Shown: positions 44,830-55,201, numbered from the stretch's first letter. The stretch is DNA of 64,000 bases from Vicinamibacteria bacterium (GCA_044229175.1 JBGATM010000009.1:71700-135699); one strand, 5' to 3'. Numbers and translations: made by a program. The notes: generated by a model from the sequence alone, not told the origin.

Positions 44830-45542
44830 CTGTCTCGTGGCTGAGAGTTGAGCAGGCCCCGGGTCAGGGGGTCGCGCAGATAGAAGGGGAGCAACTCCCC
44901 GGCGGGAACGGTGGTCTCCACGGAGGCTTTCGCCCCGGCGAGCGCGGCAAGATGGGGGGCGAGGCCGCCGTCAAGGGCCAGGAACTGGATGCCGGGGAAA
45001 GCGGCCTCGATCTCCGCCCGATGCTTCGTCGCGGCCGAACCGGTGGCGATGGCCGGCGCGCGCACGAAATCCTTCAGGGCGCCCAGCACGGGTCCCAGGT
45101 CGCCGGACTCACGGCTCGAGATGAGAGCGCCGCCTTCGTCATGGGCGCTCGCGAACACTTCACCGTGAAACAGGTCGGTGACGGCCAGGATCCGCGCACC
45201 GCGCCCCCGCGCCGCCCACGCCGCGACATCGGTGGCGAGGGCGCCGAAGCAGGGCCGGGCCCCGGCCAGGCCCCGCACGCTCGCGAGCGAGACCCGAAGG
45301 CCCGTGAACGAACCCGGTCCCACCACGACCGCGAAGAGGTCGACGTCGCCCACGCTCACTCCCGCGTCGGAGAAGAGCCCCTCGATCGCGGGCAGGAGGC
45401 GCTGGGAATGGCCGTGATCGGCCTCGAACGCGCGCGCGTTCAGGAGGGTTCCGTCCCGTGCGAGCGCCACGCTGCCGAGGGAGGACGAGGTGTCGAGGGC
45501 CAGGACCAGGGGCGGGGGTGGCGGCGGGGTGAGGGAAGGCAC
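44826..45542 (-). CDS. tsaB: tRNA threonylcarbamoyladenosine biosynthesis protein TsaB (YeaZ).
   Basis: N-terminal LALDTSS...SVAL motif. Inactive Kae1/YgjD homologue pattern. Confidence 0.75.
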   Translation of the reverse strand: MPSLTPPPPPPLVLALDTSSSLGSVALARDGTLLNARAFEADHGHSQRLLPAIEGLFSDAGVSVGDVDLFAVVVGPGSFTGLRVSLASVRGLAGARPCFGALATDVAAWAARGRGARILAVTDLFHGEVFASAHDEGGALISSRESGDLGPVLGALKDFVRAPAIATGSAATKHRAEIEAAFPGIQFLALDGGLAPHLAALAGAKASVETTVPAGELLPFYLRDPLTRGLLNSQPRDR

Positions 45543-45601
45543 TGAAGAGGCGGAGCTTATACTCGCCGACCCTCTTACCTCGATTGAAACCCCCGACGCC
45601 C

Positions 45602-48220
45602 ATGTCCGTGACGCCCACCCCCGCCATGCAGCAGTACCACCGCATGAAGGCGGAACATCCGGGCGCGCTTCTCTTCTTCCGGATGGGCGATTTCTACGAA
45701 CTCTTCTTCGAGGACGCGACCATCGCGGCTCCGCTGCTCGATATCGCGCTCACGTCGCGGGCCAAGGACTCCACGGGCGAACCCATTCCGATGTGCGGGG
45801 TGCCGGTTCGCGCCCTCGACGCTTACGTGCGCGCGCTGGTGGAGAAGGGTCATCGGGTCGCGATCGGCGAGCAACTCGAAGATCCGAAGGGTGCCAAGGG
45901 CGTGGTCAAGCGCGGCGTGGTCCGCGTCATCACTCCCGGCACCTTCATCGACGACGAATCGCCTCTCGCCCAGGCCTCGCGGATCGCCGCGTGCTACCCC
46001 GGGCGATCGGCCCTGGGTGCCGCGGTCATCGATCCGGTCTCGGGTGAGTTCTTCGTGTTCGAGCGTCGGGGCGAGGGCCGGGTGGAGGCGTTCTTCGACG
46101 ACCTTCTCGCCATCGGACCACGCGAACTTCTGTGGCCGGAGGGTGTCGCGAAGCCCGATCACTTCGACACCGCGAAGATCGGCGCCTCGGTCTTCGAGCT
46201 CGACTCGGAGTTCGACACCAAGCGCGCGCGCGAGGAACTCCTGCGTCACTTCGGTGTGATCAACCTCGAGGCCATGGGTTGCGAGCGCATGCCCGAAGCG
46301 ACCACCGCCGCGGGCGCCTTGCTCCTCTATCTGAAATCCACGCAGAAACGCGAGCTGTCCCACGTCACCTCGCTCACCCATCGGGATGACGGCGACGTCC
46401 TGATCCTCGACGAGTCGACGCGGCGGAATCTCGAACTGGTCGAGAACCTCATCGACGGTTCGCCTCGCGGCACGCTCCTTTCCGTGCTCGACCAGACCCA
46501 CTCGCCCATGGGGGGCCGCCTGCTCCGCGACTGGATCCTGCGGCCGTTGTCGCGCCGCGAGCCGATCCAGGACCGCCTCGACGCGGTCGAGGAACTCGCG
46601 TTCCGGACCCGCACCCGCAGCGACCTCGAGGACGCCCTGGCCCGGATCCGCGATCTGGACCGGCTGGTCGCGAAGCTGACTTTCGGACGGGCGACCCCGC
46701 GCGATCTCTCGTCCCTCGCGGCCTCGCTTCGCGGGGTGGCCGCCACCCAGGTTGCCGGATCCGAGCTGAACGCGCCGCTGCTGCGCGGGCAGGTGCAGGC
46801 CCTCGATGCCCACGAGAAACTGGCCGATCGGATCCAGAGCACGCTCGTCGATTCGCCGCCCGCCACCGTGGGCGACAGCGAGCTCGTTCGCCCTGGAGTC
46901 GATCCGCAGGTCGACGAGCTCCGGAGCCTGCATACCGGCGGCAAGGAGGCGATCGCGAGGATCGAGTCGCACGAACGCGAACGCACCGGGATCTCGTCGC
47001 TGAAGGTCCGCTACAACCGCGTCTTCGGCTACTACATCGAGATCACCAAGCCGAACCTTCACCTCGTGCCGGACGACTACATCCGCCGGCAGACCGTGGT
47101 CTCGGGCGAACGATTCGTCACTCCCGAACTGAAAGATTTCGAGGAGAAGGTGCTTCGGGCCGAAGAACATCTCCTGGAGCGCGAAAAGGAAATCTTCGCC
47201 GGCCTCGTCGAAGAAGCGCTCGCCTGCGTCAAGGAACTGCAGGCCACGTCGCGCGCGATCGCCATCATCGATGTGATCGCCTCCCTCGCCGAGGCCGCCC
47301 AGCGCCTCAACTACGTGAAGCCCCGGCTGTCGTCGGATGGAGAGCTCGTGTATCGCGAGGGTCGGCATCCCGTGGTCGAGTCCTCCACCGAGAACCCCTT
47401 CGTGTCCAACGACCTCGTTTTCGGCGCGGCCCAGGATTCGCCGCGGCTGTTCATCGTCACCGGTCCCAACATGGGCGGCAAGTCGACGTTCCTGCGCCAG
47501 ACCGGCCTCATGGTGGTGATGGCCCAGATGGGCTCGTTCGTTCCGGCCCTCGAGGCCAAGATGACGGTGTGCGATCGGCTCTTCACCCGCGTGGGCGCTT
47601 CCGACTATCTGCTGCGCGGCCAGTCCACGTTCATGGTGGAGATGCAGGAGACCGCCTACATTCTTCGCCATGCCACCGAGCGCAGCCTGCTGTTGCTCGA
47701 TGAGATCGGACGAGGCACCGCGACCTTCGACGGCCTTTCCATCGCCTGGGCGGTGGCCGAGCACCTGGCCGAGCGCGGCCCGCATTGTCCGCGCACCCTG
47801 TTCGCGACGCACTATCACGAACTCGTGGACCTCGCCGTCGATCGGCCGACGGTGTCGAATCTGCACGTGACCGCGCGCGAGTGGAAGGACGACATCCTGT
47901 TCCTGCGTCGAGTCGAGCCCGGCGGCTCCGACCGATCCTTCGGAATCCAGGTCGCGAAGCTGTCCGGTCTCCCGTCCCCCGTGGTGAAGCGGGCCCGCGA
48001 GATCCTCAAAAACCTCGAGCAGACCGAGTTCGACTCGGAGGGCCGGCCGAAACTCGCCCGCACCGGCGTCATGGGAGCCCCCAAGGAGCGCCAGCTCTCC
48101 CTGTTCGCTCCCGTCTCCGACGCGGTGGCGGATGATCTTCGCAATACGGACGTCAACGCCCTCACCCCGATCGAGGCGCTCAATCTCCTGGTCGAGCTGA
48201 AGAAGAAGCTCGACGGTTGA
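45602..48220 (+). CDS. mutS: DNA mismatch repair protein MutS.
   Basis: N-terminal TPMMQQY-like PAMQQYHRMKAEHP...GDFYELF. Walker A GPNMGGKST. Size about 870 aa. Confidence 0.9.
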   Translation: MSVTPTPAMQQYHRMKAEHPGALLFFRMGDFYELFFEDATIAAPLLDIALTSRAKDSTGEPIPMCGVPVRALDAYVRALVEKGHRVAIGEQLEDPKGAKGVVKRGVVRVITPGTFIDDESPLAQASRIAACYPGRSALGAAVIDPVSGEFFVFERRGEGRVEAFFDDLLAIGPRELLWPEGVAKPDHFDTAKIGASVFELDSEFDTKRAREELLRHFGVINLEAMGCERMPEATTAAGALLLYLKSTQKRELSHVTSLTHRDDGDVLILDESTRRNLELVENLIDGSPRGTLLSVLDQTHSPMGGRLLRDWILRPLSRREPIQDRLDAVEELAFRTRTRSDLEDALARIRDLDRLVAKLTFGRATPRDLSSLAASLRGVAATQVAGSELNAPLLRGQVQALDAHEKLADRIQSTLVDSPPATVGDSELVRPGVDPQVDELRSLHTGGKEAIARIESHERERTGISSLKVRYNRVFGYYIEITKPNLHLVPDDYIRRQTVVSGERFVTPELKDFEEKVLRAEEHLLEREKEIFAGLVEEALACVKELQATSRAIAIIDVIASLAEAAQRLNYVKPRLSSDGELVYREGRHPVVESSTENPFVSNDLVFGAAQDSPRLFIVTGPNMGGKSTFLRQTGLMVVMAQMGSFVPALEAKMTVCDRLFTRVGASDYLLRGQSTFMVEMQETAYILRHATERSLLLLDEIGRGTATFDGLSIAWAVAEHLAERGPHCPRTLFATHYHELVDLAVDRPTVSNLHVTAREWKDDILFLRRVEPGGSDRSFGIQVAKLSGLPSPVVKRAREILKNLEQTEFDSEGRPKLARTGVMGAPKERQLSLFAPVSDAVADDLRNTDVNALTPIEALNLLVELKKKLDG

Positions 48221-48727
48221 GGGGGCGCCGCTGCGAGATCCCTCGTCTCACCGGCCGGTGTAGCCTCGTCCCATGATCGGGCGGGCTCCTTCGCTCCTGG
48301 CGGTGACGCTCACCATAGTCGCGCCGGCGCCGCAGGTCACGCCCACACCGCCGCCCGAACCCGCCCCGGTCTTCGGCGCCGGTGCCGGGTGCAGTCGCCG
48401 CAGTTCGTCCCGGCGCACGGTTCGCGCCCGGTGCACCCCACCTCGAACTGCGGCCCGTTGATCTCGAGCCTCATGCCCGCCACCGCGGAGCCTTGAGGAC
48501 CCGGCCACCGCCGCGTTTGTGGCACCGATGGGAACCCTTCAAGCCGCAGGGTCCCAATCAGTTGGAGAAACCGAGGAAGTTGCCTGACCCCTTCTTCGTC
48601 GAGCCGCGAACCCGGCCCCAGTGGCGCCCGTCACCCGCGGCCCCCAAAGGTGCTATGGTTTTTTCATTACATCCTGGCGGGGATGAACCCTCTCGTATCG
48701 ATAACAGCTGCGCGCAAAGTGGAGGTT

Positions 48728-49804
48728 CCCATGACAACGCCACACTCCCTCGGCCGATGGTTCATCGCCACCGCTCTCGTCGTTGCCTCCTGTTCACGAG
48801 GTCCGGCGCCTTCTCCCGCCGGCCCGACTGCGTCCGCTGGCGCAGCCGCGCTCGATGGCGGGCTGGTCAGCGCTTCGGCGGTCGGGGACGTCAAGGTGGG
48901 CACGGGTCCTCTCGAGATCGTCCGTCTGCGGATGGATCGACAGACCTCGTCGGGCGCCTCTGTACTGCGCCAGTACGCCGACCCCGGAAGGACTTACGCG
49001 ATGAGTGTGGGCGAGACGATTGAACTGTGGGCCGAATATCCGGCGGAGGTTGCCGGCCCGAGATTCAAGGTCGAATGGGGTGACGGAGCGATCGATACGA
49101 CCGGTTGCGGCTCCTGTTTGCTGAAGCACTCCTACGCGACCGCGGGAAGCTACACCGTGAAGGCAAGCCTTGACGACCGCATCAGCACCACGGCCACGCG
49201 GACCTTCTTCTTGGATTCGAGAGCTGGCGAGGCTTCAGCGGCCCCCACTACTCCTGCCAAGCATCTCACCCAGAACACCAACGCCGTGGCCATCACGGCG
49301 GGCTCCGTATACTGTAACGCTGGCGGTTTCCACACCACCAACCGGTTTCTTCGGCGCTTCTTCCTCGATACCGATCATGGTGTGACCACGCAGTTCAACG
49401 TCACCAGCGTCGATATCGGCGTCGAGTTGGCCCAAGGCACCGGTGGCTCCCAGCCGATCGAGATTCGCCTCTACTCGATACCCAAGGCGAGCCCGCTGTT
49501 ATTCGCCAACCTCACTTCGATAGGCAACTTACCGACCGCCATCCCGGACACCTCTCTAGCGGTGGTCAATTTTCCAGTGACGGGCTCGCTCGTCAGTCCC
49601 ACAACCACCGATCTAGTGGTCGAGTTATTCATGCCGGATGGTCGAGCACCCGCCAACAACAGGTTCAATCCTGGTAGCAACAGCCTCGGTCAGAGCCACC
49701 CCACCTACCTTGCCGCTGTTGACTGTGGTGTACCGAATCCCACCGATATGGCGGCTCTCGGGTTTCCCAACATGCACATGGTGATGGTGGTCAACGGCAA
49801 CTAG
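48728..49804 (+). CDS. Hypothetical lipoprotein with atypically low GC and codon usage (likely horizontally acquired).
   Basis: RBS GGAGG lies 6 nt before ATG 48728. Lipobox LVVASCS. Uses TTA, CTA and ATA codons that are rare in this window. Estimated GC is 55-60% against ~70% in the flanks. Confidence 0.65.
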   Translation, partial: PMTTPHSLGRWFIATALVVASCSRGPAPSPAGPTASAGAAALDGGLVSASAVGDVKVGTGPLEIVRLRMDRQTSSGASVLRQYADPGRTYAMSVGETIELWAEYPAEVAGPRFKVEWGDGAIDTTGCGSCLLKHSYATAGSYTVKASLDDRISTTATRTFFLDSRAGEASAAPTTPAKHLTQNTNAVAITAGSVYCNAGGFHTTNRFLRRFFLDTDHGVTTQFNVTSVDIGVELAQGTGGSQPIEIRLYSIPKASPLLFANLTSIGNLPTAIPDTSLAVVNFPVTGSLVSPTTTDLVVELFMPDGRAPANNRFNPGSNSLGQSHPTYLAAVDCGVPNPTDMAALGFPNMHMVMVVNGN

Positions 49805-50226
49805 CCGCCCGCTGATATCTTGAAGCTCTTTTCGACCTTGCGCCCGTGGGGGATACCGCCCTTACGAATTGGGTGATCCGGAAATGGCAATCCGACCCGG
49901 ACACTCTTCATCGTCGTGGCGTTCGGTTGGCGGGGAATCTGAGCGCTGCTGGCCCAGCATGCCGGGGAGCGGGGCCGGAGGCACAACACCTCCGGTCCGG
50001 CCCTGAACGGCCAGAGAAGCGAGTGCGGAGAAGCCTCTCCTGGTTCCGGTCCAGGAATCCGATCCGAAACGCAGCGGACTCGGAAGGGTCGGCGCTTCGA
50101 CCTTCGGGGTAGCCGGTGGAGGTCTCATGCCGGCGCGGCAGGGAAGAGCCCCCCGGGTTCCGTTGTCGAAACGCGGTGTGAGGCCTGCGGGCGATCCGCG
50201 CCCGCCCCGACGCCCCGGGCCGTGCG

Positions 50227-52365
50227 CTAGTACTTCTGGGCGAGGACGACCAGCAGGCGCGTGAGCGATTCGAGGTCCCGTCGGTCCATGACCTCCGCTG
50301 GCGAGTGCGAGTAGCGCCCCGGCCAGGAGAGACCCACGTCGATGGCGCCCTTGGGGCTGAAGGGCGCGGCGTCGGTGCCGCCGCCGGTCACCCCGATCTG
50401 CAGGGGGATGGCGCTCTCCTTCGCGATTGCGGTGATCCGGTCCATCACCCCTTCGGGGACGAGGGTTCGATTGTCGAGGCCGCGCAGGACCGCGCCCTGG
50501 CCGAGCGGCGCGTAGGCAAGTCGGCGCGAGTCGACCGGAGTGTCGGATGACACGAAGGTGTCGACCGCGAAGACGGTGTCGAACTTCTCCTTCTCCGCGA
50601 TGAACGCAGCCCCCGCGAGTCCGGTTTCTTCTTCGACGGACCACGCGAACGTCACCTGGTTCTTCACCGTCTTTGGATCGAGACGCGAGAGAGCCTGGAG
50701 CAGGGCGGTCGACCCGTTCCGATCGTCCATCGATCGCGCGGAGGCGCGCTGCTCGCCGAGTTTCACCAGATCCTTCCTTGGAGTGATCGATTGTCCGACC
50801 GCGAAACCCAGCGACTCGGCCTGCGCGCGCGACTTAGCACCGGTATCGAGGAGCAGGGCGGAGAGTTCCGGCTCCAGCGCCGTCGATGTGGAGTAGTTGC
50901 GGCGGGGTGCCAGCACGGCGTCGCGCGGACCGTTGCCGGTGTGGACGATGACGGGATGCGCCTCGTAGAGGGAGAAGTACATCCCGCCCTGGGGGCGAAC
51001 CGTCGCGGTGCCGTCGTCGTTGATCGAGGCGATCTCGAAACCGACCTCGTCGGTGTGGGCGACGAAGAGCAGAGGCCTGCCGCCCTGGCCGAATCGCACG
51101 ATCACGTTGCCTTTCTTGTCGACTTCGGGTCGGGCCCATGCGGGAAGTCGTCGCAGGACCTCGGCGCGCACGGGCTCCTCGCGGGTCGAGACTCCATACG
51201 CGCGGACGAGGCCCGCGAGCAGACGCAGATCAGGTTCGCCGAACGTGACCGAGGGAGGCTCGGGCTGGGGAGGCAGGCTCGCCGCAGGACCCAGAGCGCC
51301 GAGACCCGCGGCCTCGGCCACGAGGCGGGCTGCGGATTCCACGTCGCGCGCATCGACGGTCTCGACGGGGGTCTGCGCATAGCGTGACGGCACCGCGATC
51401 ACGTGGGTTTCGAGACCGCGCGCGGAGGAGAAGGGAAGTTCGGCGCTCGCTCGCTTCTGGAGCTTCGCGCCGACGGTGGCGCCCGCCGCGGTCAGCAGCG
51501 CATCGTCTTCGCGGACCAGGGGGCCGCCGCCCGCATCTCCCGCCGAGCCGATCGCGTCCTTCGCGGGAGGAAGCGCGCCGATGAAGGCGAAGAGCCGATC
51601 CGGCTTCTCCGAATCGACGAGCCGCTGCAGGCCGCGTTGCCCGAAGAAGGCCTGCGTCGTCCAGGCGAGCACGATCGTGCCCTGGGGCCGCGTGGTCCCG
51701 AGTCGATTCGCGATTTCGACGAGGGCGGTCGCGCCGGCCCGGGAGGACGCCGCGATGCCCGCGACCTCGGTCCCCGCCAGCCTCGCCGCGCGTTCGCGCA
51801 GCGTGACCGCGTCCAGCATCCTTATGCCGCGGGCCGCGACTTCGTCGCGAGAGGCTGCGCCCACGTCGACGAAGAGATCGTCGATGGTGCGCGCCGCCGA
51901 ATCGGTGCCCGCCGGGCGGGTGCTGCGGAGGTGGGTCGATGGGGTGGCGGTGACGCCGTTCACGTAGGCGCCTGATGCGGTCCGGATCAGGACGGGCTGG
52001 CCGACGTGATACTCGTGGGCGAGCGGATGCGCGAGCCCGGTGGTGTGCCGGTGAAGGTGCAAGTAGCCTTCGTCCGTGATTCCGGAGACCACGTAGCCCG
52101 GCTCGTCGAGGGGTGCGGTCACCAGCGTGCGCGGCGAGCCCGAGCCCATGCGCACCACCAGATTTCCAAGGGTGTCGGTCTCGGCGTGAAGGCCGGCGGG
52201 CAGCATCGAGGCCACCGCCTTTCGAACATCGGTCTCGTGGCCGGAGACGCCCGGAATCCGCGCGAGCCACAAGAGCCGCTCGGCGGGCGCGACCGGCGTC
52301 TGCGTTTCCGCCTGAGCGAAGGACGCGAGGCAAAGAAGAGTCAGGGCGGGCATTCGTGGCGTCAC
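50227..52365 (-). CDS. Secreted tandem-domain M42-family peptidase (two glutamyl aminopeptidase/cellulase-like domains fused).
   Basis: Signal peptide. Two repeats, each carrying the M42/M20-like metal-binding region (HTDEVGF, ...DDRNG...). Confidence 0.7.
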   Translation of the reverse strand: MTPRMPALTLLCLASFAQAETQTPVAPAERLLWLARIPGVSGHETDVRKAVASMLPAGLHAETDTLGNLVVRMGSGSPRTLVTAPLDEPGYVVSGITDEGYLHLHRHTTGLAHPLAHEYHVGQPVLIRTASGAYVNGVTATPSTHLRSTRPAGTDSAARTIDDLFVDVGAASRDEVAARGIRMLDAVTLRERAARLAGTEVAGIAASSRAGATALVEIANRLGTTRPQGTIVLAWTTQAFFGQRGLQRLVDSEKPDRLFAFIGALPPAKDAIGSAGDAGGGPLVREDDALLTAAGATVGAKLQKRASAELPFSSARGLETHVIAVPSRYAQTPVETVDARDVESAARLVAEAAGLGALGPAASLPPQPEPPSVTFGEPDLRLLAGLVRAYGVSTREEPVRAEVLRRLPAWARPEVDKKGNVIVRFGQGGRPLLFVAHTDEVGFEIASINDDGTATVRPQGGMYFSLYEAHPVIVHTGNGPRDAVLAPRRNYSTSTALEPELSALLLDTGAKSRAQAESLGFAVGQSITPRKDLVKLGEQRASARSMDDRNGSTALLQALSRLDPKTVKNQVTFAWSVEEETGLAGAAFIAEKEKFDTVFAVDTFVSSDTPVDSRRLAYAPLGQGAVLRGLDNRTLVPEGVMDRITAIAKESAIPLQIGVTGGGTDAAPFSPKGAIDVGLSWPGRYSHSPAEVMDRRDLESLTRLLVVLAQKY

Positions 52366-52414
52366 TTGAGACCTCTCGTGAAGAAGGTCGGAGTGTACCT
52401 AAGCGGTGCCTGGG

Positions 52415-53143
52415 TCAGTCCGGGAGGCGTCGGAACGTTCCCTCGTAGATCACCGGCCCGCGAGGGGCTTGAAGTTGTCCGGGCTGGGGCCGGTTGTATT
52501 CGGTGAGGGGGACCGGCGGATCGCGGACGAATCCGCACTGGCCCAGTTCCGCGAGGATCTGTTCCTCGTTGAGGAAGCACTGAGGTTCGCCGGAGAATTC
52601 CGTGAACACGAAGGTCTCGCCGGGAACGCACTTCGCCTTTGCGGGCAGGGTGTTTCGCGAGAAGGTGAAGAGAAAGAGGCCGGCTCCCGGCCGGCACACC
52701 CGCGCGGCCTCCCGAACCGCCTGCCGGAACTGAACGCCCGAGCGGGCGAGGTTCCAGATACCATGAGCCACCACCAGATCGAAGCTGCGGTCCTTTATCG
52801 GCAGGATCTCCATGGGCGACAGGGCCAGTTGCAGACGCCCCTGGCTCGAGCGCGGCCTGGATCGCGCGGCCTGAAGCATCGGCCACGAGAGGTCGGTACC
52901 GAGGACCTCCAGGCCGGAATCCGCGAGCGGCCCCGCATTTCGCGCCGCTCCGCAACCGATGTCGAGGACGCGGCGAAGGGGCCGAAGACGTCGTTCGTCC
53001 CCGATGAATCTCATCAGCACGGCGTTCGGAGGAGATTGTGAAAAGCCCGCCACGGTGGCGGTGGAACTCCAGTTCGAGCCGGCGAGAGGATCCATGGAGC
53101 GACCGTAGCACGCGTCCTCCTCGCTCCCCATGATCGACGTCAT
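52415..53143 (-). CDS. Class I SAM-dependent methyltransferase.
   Basis: Motif I VLDIGCGAARN. Motif post-I LGTD. Start uncertain (alternative ATGs at 53182 and 53095). Confidence 0.65.
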   Translation of the reverse strand: MTSIMGSEEDACYGRSMDPLAGSNWSSTATVAGFSQSPPNAVLMRFIGDERRLRPLRRVLDIGCGAARNAGPLADSGLEVLGTDLSWPMLQAARSRPRSSQGRLQLALSPMEILPIKDRSFDLVVAHGIWNLARSGVQFRQAVREAARVCRPGAGLFLFTFSRNTLPAKAKCVPGETFVFTEFSGEPQCFLNEEQILAELGQCGFVRDPPVPLTEYNRPQPGQLQAPRGPVIYEGTFRRLPD

Positions 53144-53180
53144 GCCGCCGCCTCTACTTGGACGCCTTACACTAGAGCGC

Positions 53181-53879
53181 ATGGCCCGTCACACTCATCG
53201 CGAGACCCACCGCACCGATCGCATCGGCTGGCTGCGCGCCGCCGTTCTTGGCGCGAACGATGGAATCGTTTCCACCGCGAGCCTCCTCGTGGGGGTGGCC
53301 GCCGCCCAGGTCGATCGCGCCGAACTCGTGACCGTGGGCATGGCCGGCCTGGTCGCGGGCGCCATGTCGATGGCGGCCGGCGAGTATGTTTCGGTCAGTT
53401 CGCAGTCCGATACCGAAGCGGCCGATCTGGCGCGTGAGCAGCAGGAACTTCTGACCGAGCCCGAGTCGGAGCATCTGGAACTCGCGATGATCTACCAGTC
53501 GCGAGGCCTCACGCCCGAACTCGCGTCCCAGGTGGCACATCAACTCACCGAGCACGACGCTCTGGGCGCTCACGCCCGGGACGAACTCGGCATCTCCCAC
53601 ATCACAACCGCGCGGCCGGTCCAGGCGGCGCTGACCTCGGCGGCGACCTTCGCGGTCGGCGCGTCGCTCCCCCTGGTTTCGGCCCTGCTTGCTCCGGCCT
53701 CCCGCGTGGCCGAGACCGTGGCCGCCGCCTCACTCCTGTCGCTCACCGCCCTGGGGATCGTGGCCGCACGAACCGGGGGCGCCCCGGTAGGGAAGTCGGC
53801 CGCCCGCGTGCTGTTCTGGGGCGCCCTGGCCATGGCGGTGACCGCCTTCGTGGGGAAGGTGTTCGGGGCGGCCGTCTAG
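53181..53879 (+). CDS. VIT1/CCC1-family Fe/Mn vacuolar-type transporter homologue.
   Basis: Conserved AAVLGANDGIVSTASLLVGVAAA and MAAGEYVSVSSQ motifs. Confidence 0.7.
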   Translation: MARHTHRETHRTDRIGWLRAAVLGANDGIVSTASLLVGVAAAQVDRAELVTVGMAGLVAGAMSMAAGEYVSVSSQSDTEAADLAREQQELLTEPESEHLELAMIYQSRGLTPELASQVAHQLTEHDALGAHARDELGISHITTARPVQAALTSAATFAVGASLPLVSALLAPASRVAETVAAASLLSLTALGIVAARTGGAPVGKSAARVLFWGALAMAVTAFVGKVFGAAV

Positions 53880-55201
53880 CTCGGCGTCGTCACGTTCCGC
53901 GGTCGCGCGATCGCCCAGAAAGTCAGTCCCGCGGCCAGGACCGCGGCGACCCAGACGAGCAGCTTGGTCGAATCCTTGAAGCCGAAGTAGAGCATGAACA
54001 CCGACGAGGTCACGTGGATCCCCGCGGCGACAAGGGTGAGCGCGTTTGGCTTCTCGAGACCGCTCTGCCGCGAGAGAGCGCGTCGGAATATGGACACGGA
54101 GACCAGGGCCGCGAACAGGGTGAGGATGGCGCCGACGTTGGCGAGGGCCTGCTGGAGAGTGTGGGTGGCGAGGATCACCAGGGCCACCACGCACTGAAGC
54201 ACGATGGATTTGACCGGTACCTTTCCCTCCTCCACGCGAAGGAAGGCGGGCAGGTAACCGTCCTGGGCCATGGTCGCGTACACGCGGGGGCCGACGATGG
54301 TCATCGCACTCGCCGCGGAAATGAAGGCGACGAGGACCAGCAGCGACATGATGAAGCCGCCGGTCGCGCCCAGGATCCGGCTGAGGATCACGTGGCCGAG
54401 GGTCACCTTGCTCTCGTCGTAGCCGAACACCACCTTGAAGTCGTTGGGCGTGAGGTTCGCCACGAACACCCAGTTCACGGCGAGGTACAAGATGGCCACG
54501 AGACCGCAACCGATGAGGAGGGCGCGCGGCACATCCCGCTTGGGATCTCGGAACTCGGAGGCCGCGTAGGTCGCGGCATTCCATCCGGAGAACGCGAAGG
54601 CGATGAAGAAGAGGCCGCGCGCGAAGGCTTCCTTGGGGAAGGCGGTGGAGGTCGCGGCCGCGGCCGGGACCCAGGTGGGCCAGGCATTGGTCCCGAAGAA
54701 GAGGCCGGTGACCACGAAGCCCGCGAGCAGCAGAGCGTTCCCGATGAAGAGAAGGTTGTGGCCATGCTTGGAGGCCTGCCGACCCGTGGCGTGCATGACC
54801 CCGAGAATGACGATCATCCCCGCGCCGAACAGCGAGGGGGAGAGCGGGCTCCCGAGGGTCCGCGCGAACTCACCGGCGGCCAGGGCATCCACGGCGATCG
54901 GCGCGGAGAAGCCCACCAGCAGAGAGCCCCACCCGGCGAGGCACCCGAGGGCCGGGTGCATGAGGTCGGAGAGGTAGCGGTACTCGCCTCCCGAGCGCGG
55001 GACCCAGGTGGCGACGGTGGCGTACGCGCGCGCGCCGGCCATGGCGATGATGGCGCCGAGGACCCAGGAGATGAGGATCTGGCCGGGGGTGAGGTCCTGG
55101 GCCATGAAGCCGGCGCTGATGAACACGCCGGCGCCCACCATGTTGGAGACCACCAGGCCGATTCCGGATCTGAGGCCCAGATGACCTCCGCTCGCTCTCA
55201 T
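53876..55201 (-). CDS. APC-superfamily amino acid permease.
   Basis: Twelve TM helices. N-terminal GxGxFxxxG pattern (VSNMVGAGVFISAG). The internal Met start at 55201 is preferred over the ORF-track extension. Confidence 0.75.
   Translation of the reverse strand: MRASGGHLGLRSGIGLVVSNMVGAGVFISAGFMAQDLTPGQILISWVLGAIIAMAGARAYATVATWVPRSGGEYRYLSDLMHPALGCLAGWGSLLVGFSAPIAVDALAAGEFARTLGSPLSPSLFGAGMIVILGVMHATGRQASKHGHNLLFIGNALLLAGFVVTGLFFGTNAWPTWVPAAAATSTAFPKEAFARGLFFIAFAFSGWNAATYAASEFRDPKRDVPRALLIGCGLVAILYLAVNWVFVANLTPNDFKVVFGYDESKVTLGHVILSRILGATGGFIMSLLVLVAFISAASAMTIVGPRVYATMAQDGYLPAFLRVEEGKVPVKSIVLQCVVALVILATHTLQQALANVGAILTLFAALVSVSIFRRALSRQSGLEKPNALTLVAAGIHVTSSVFMLYFGFKDSTKLLVWVAAVLAAGLTFWAIARPRNVTTPS

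Noticed and set aside
45575-47866. 763-aa - strand ORF
   Set aside because: Antisense to mutS.
48555-48572. Isolated CAGTTGG heptamer upstream of the lipoprotein gene as a fourth motif copy
   Set aside because: Only one half-site. There is no partner CCAACTG and no downstream CTATCC box. The expected chance frequency of a 7-mer in 64 kb is several copies.
48221-50226. Search for a tRNA, integrase, direct repeats or other mobile-element hallmarks flanking the low-GC lipoprotein gene
   Set aside because: No GGTTCGAATCC-like T-arm, no cloverleaf candidates and no recombinase ORF were found. The islet is therefore reported only as compositionally atypical.
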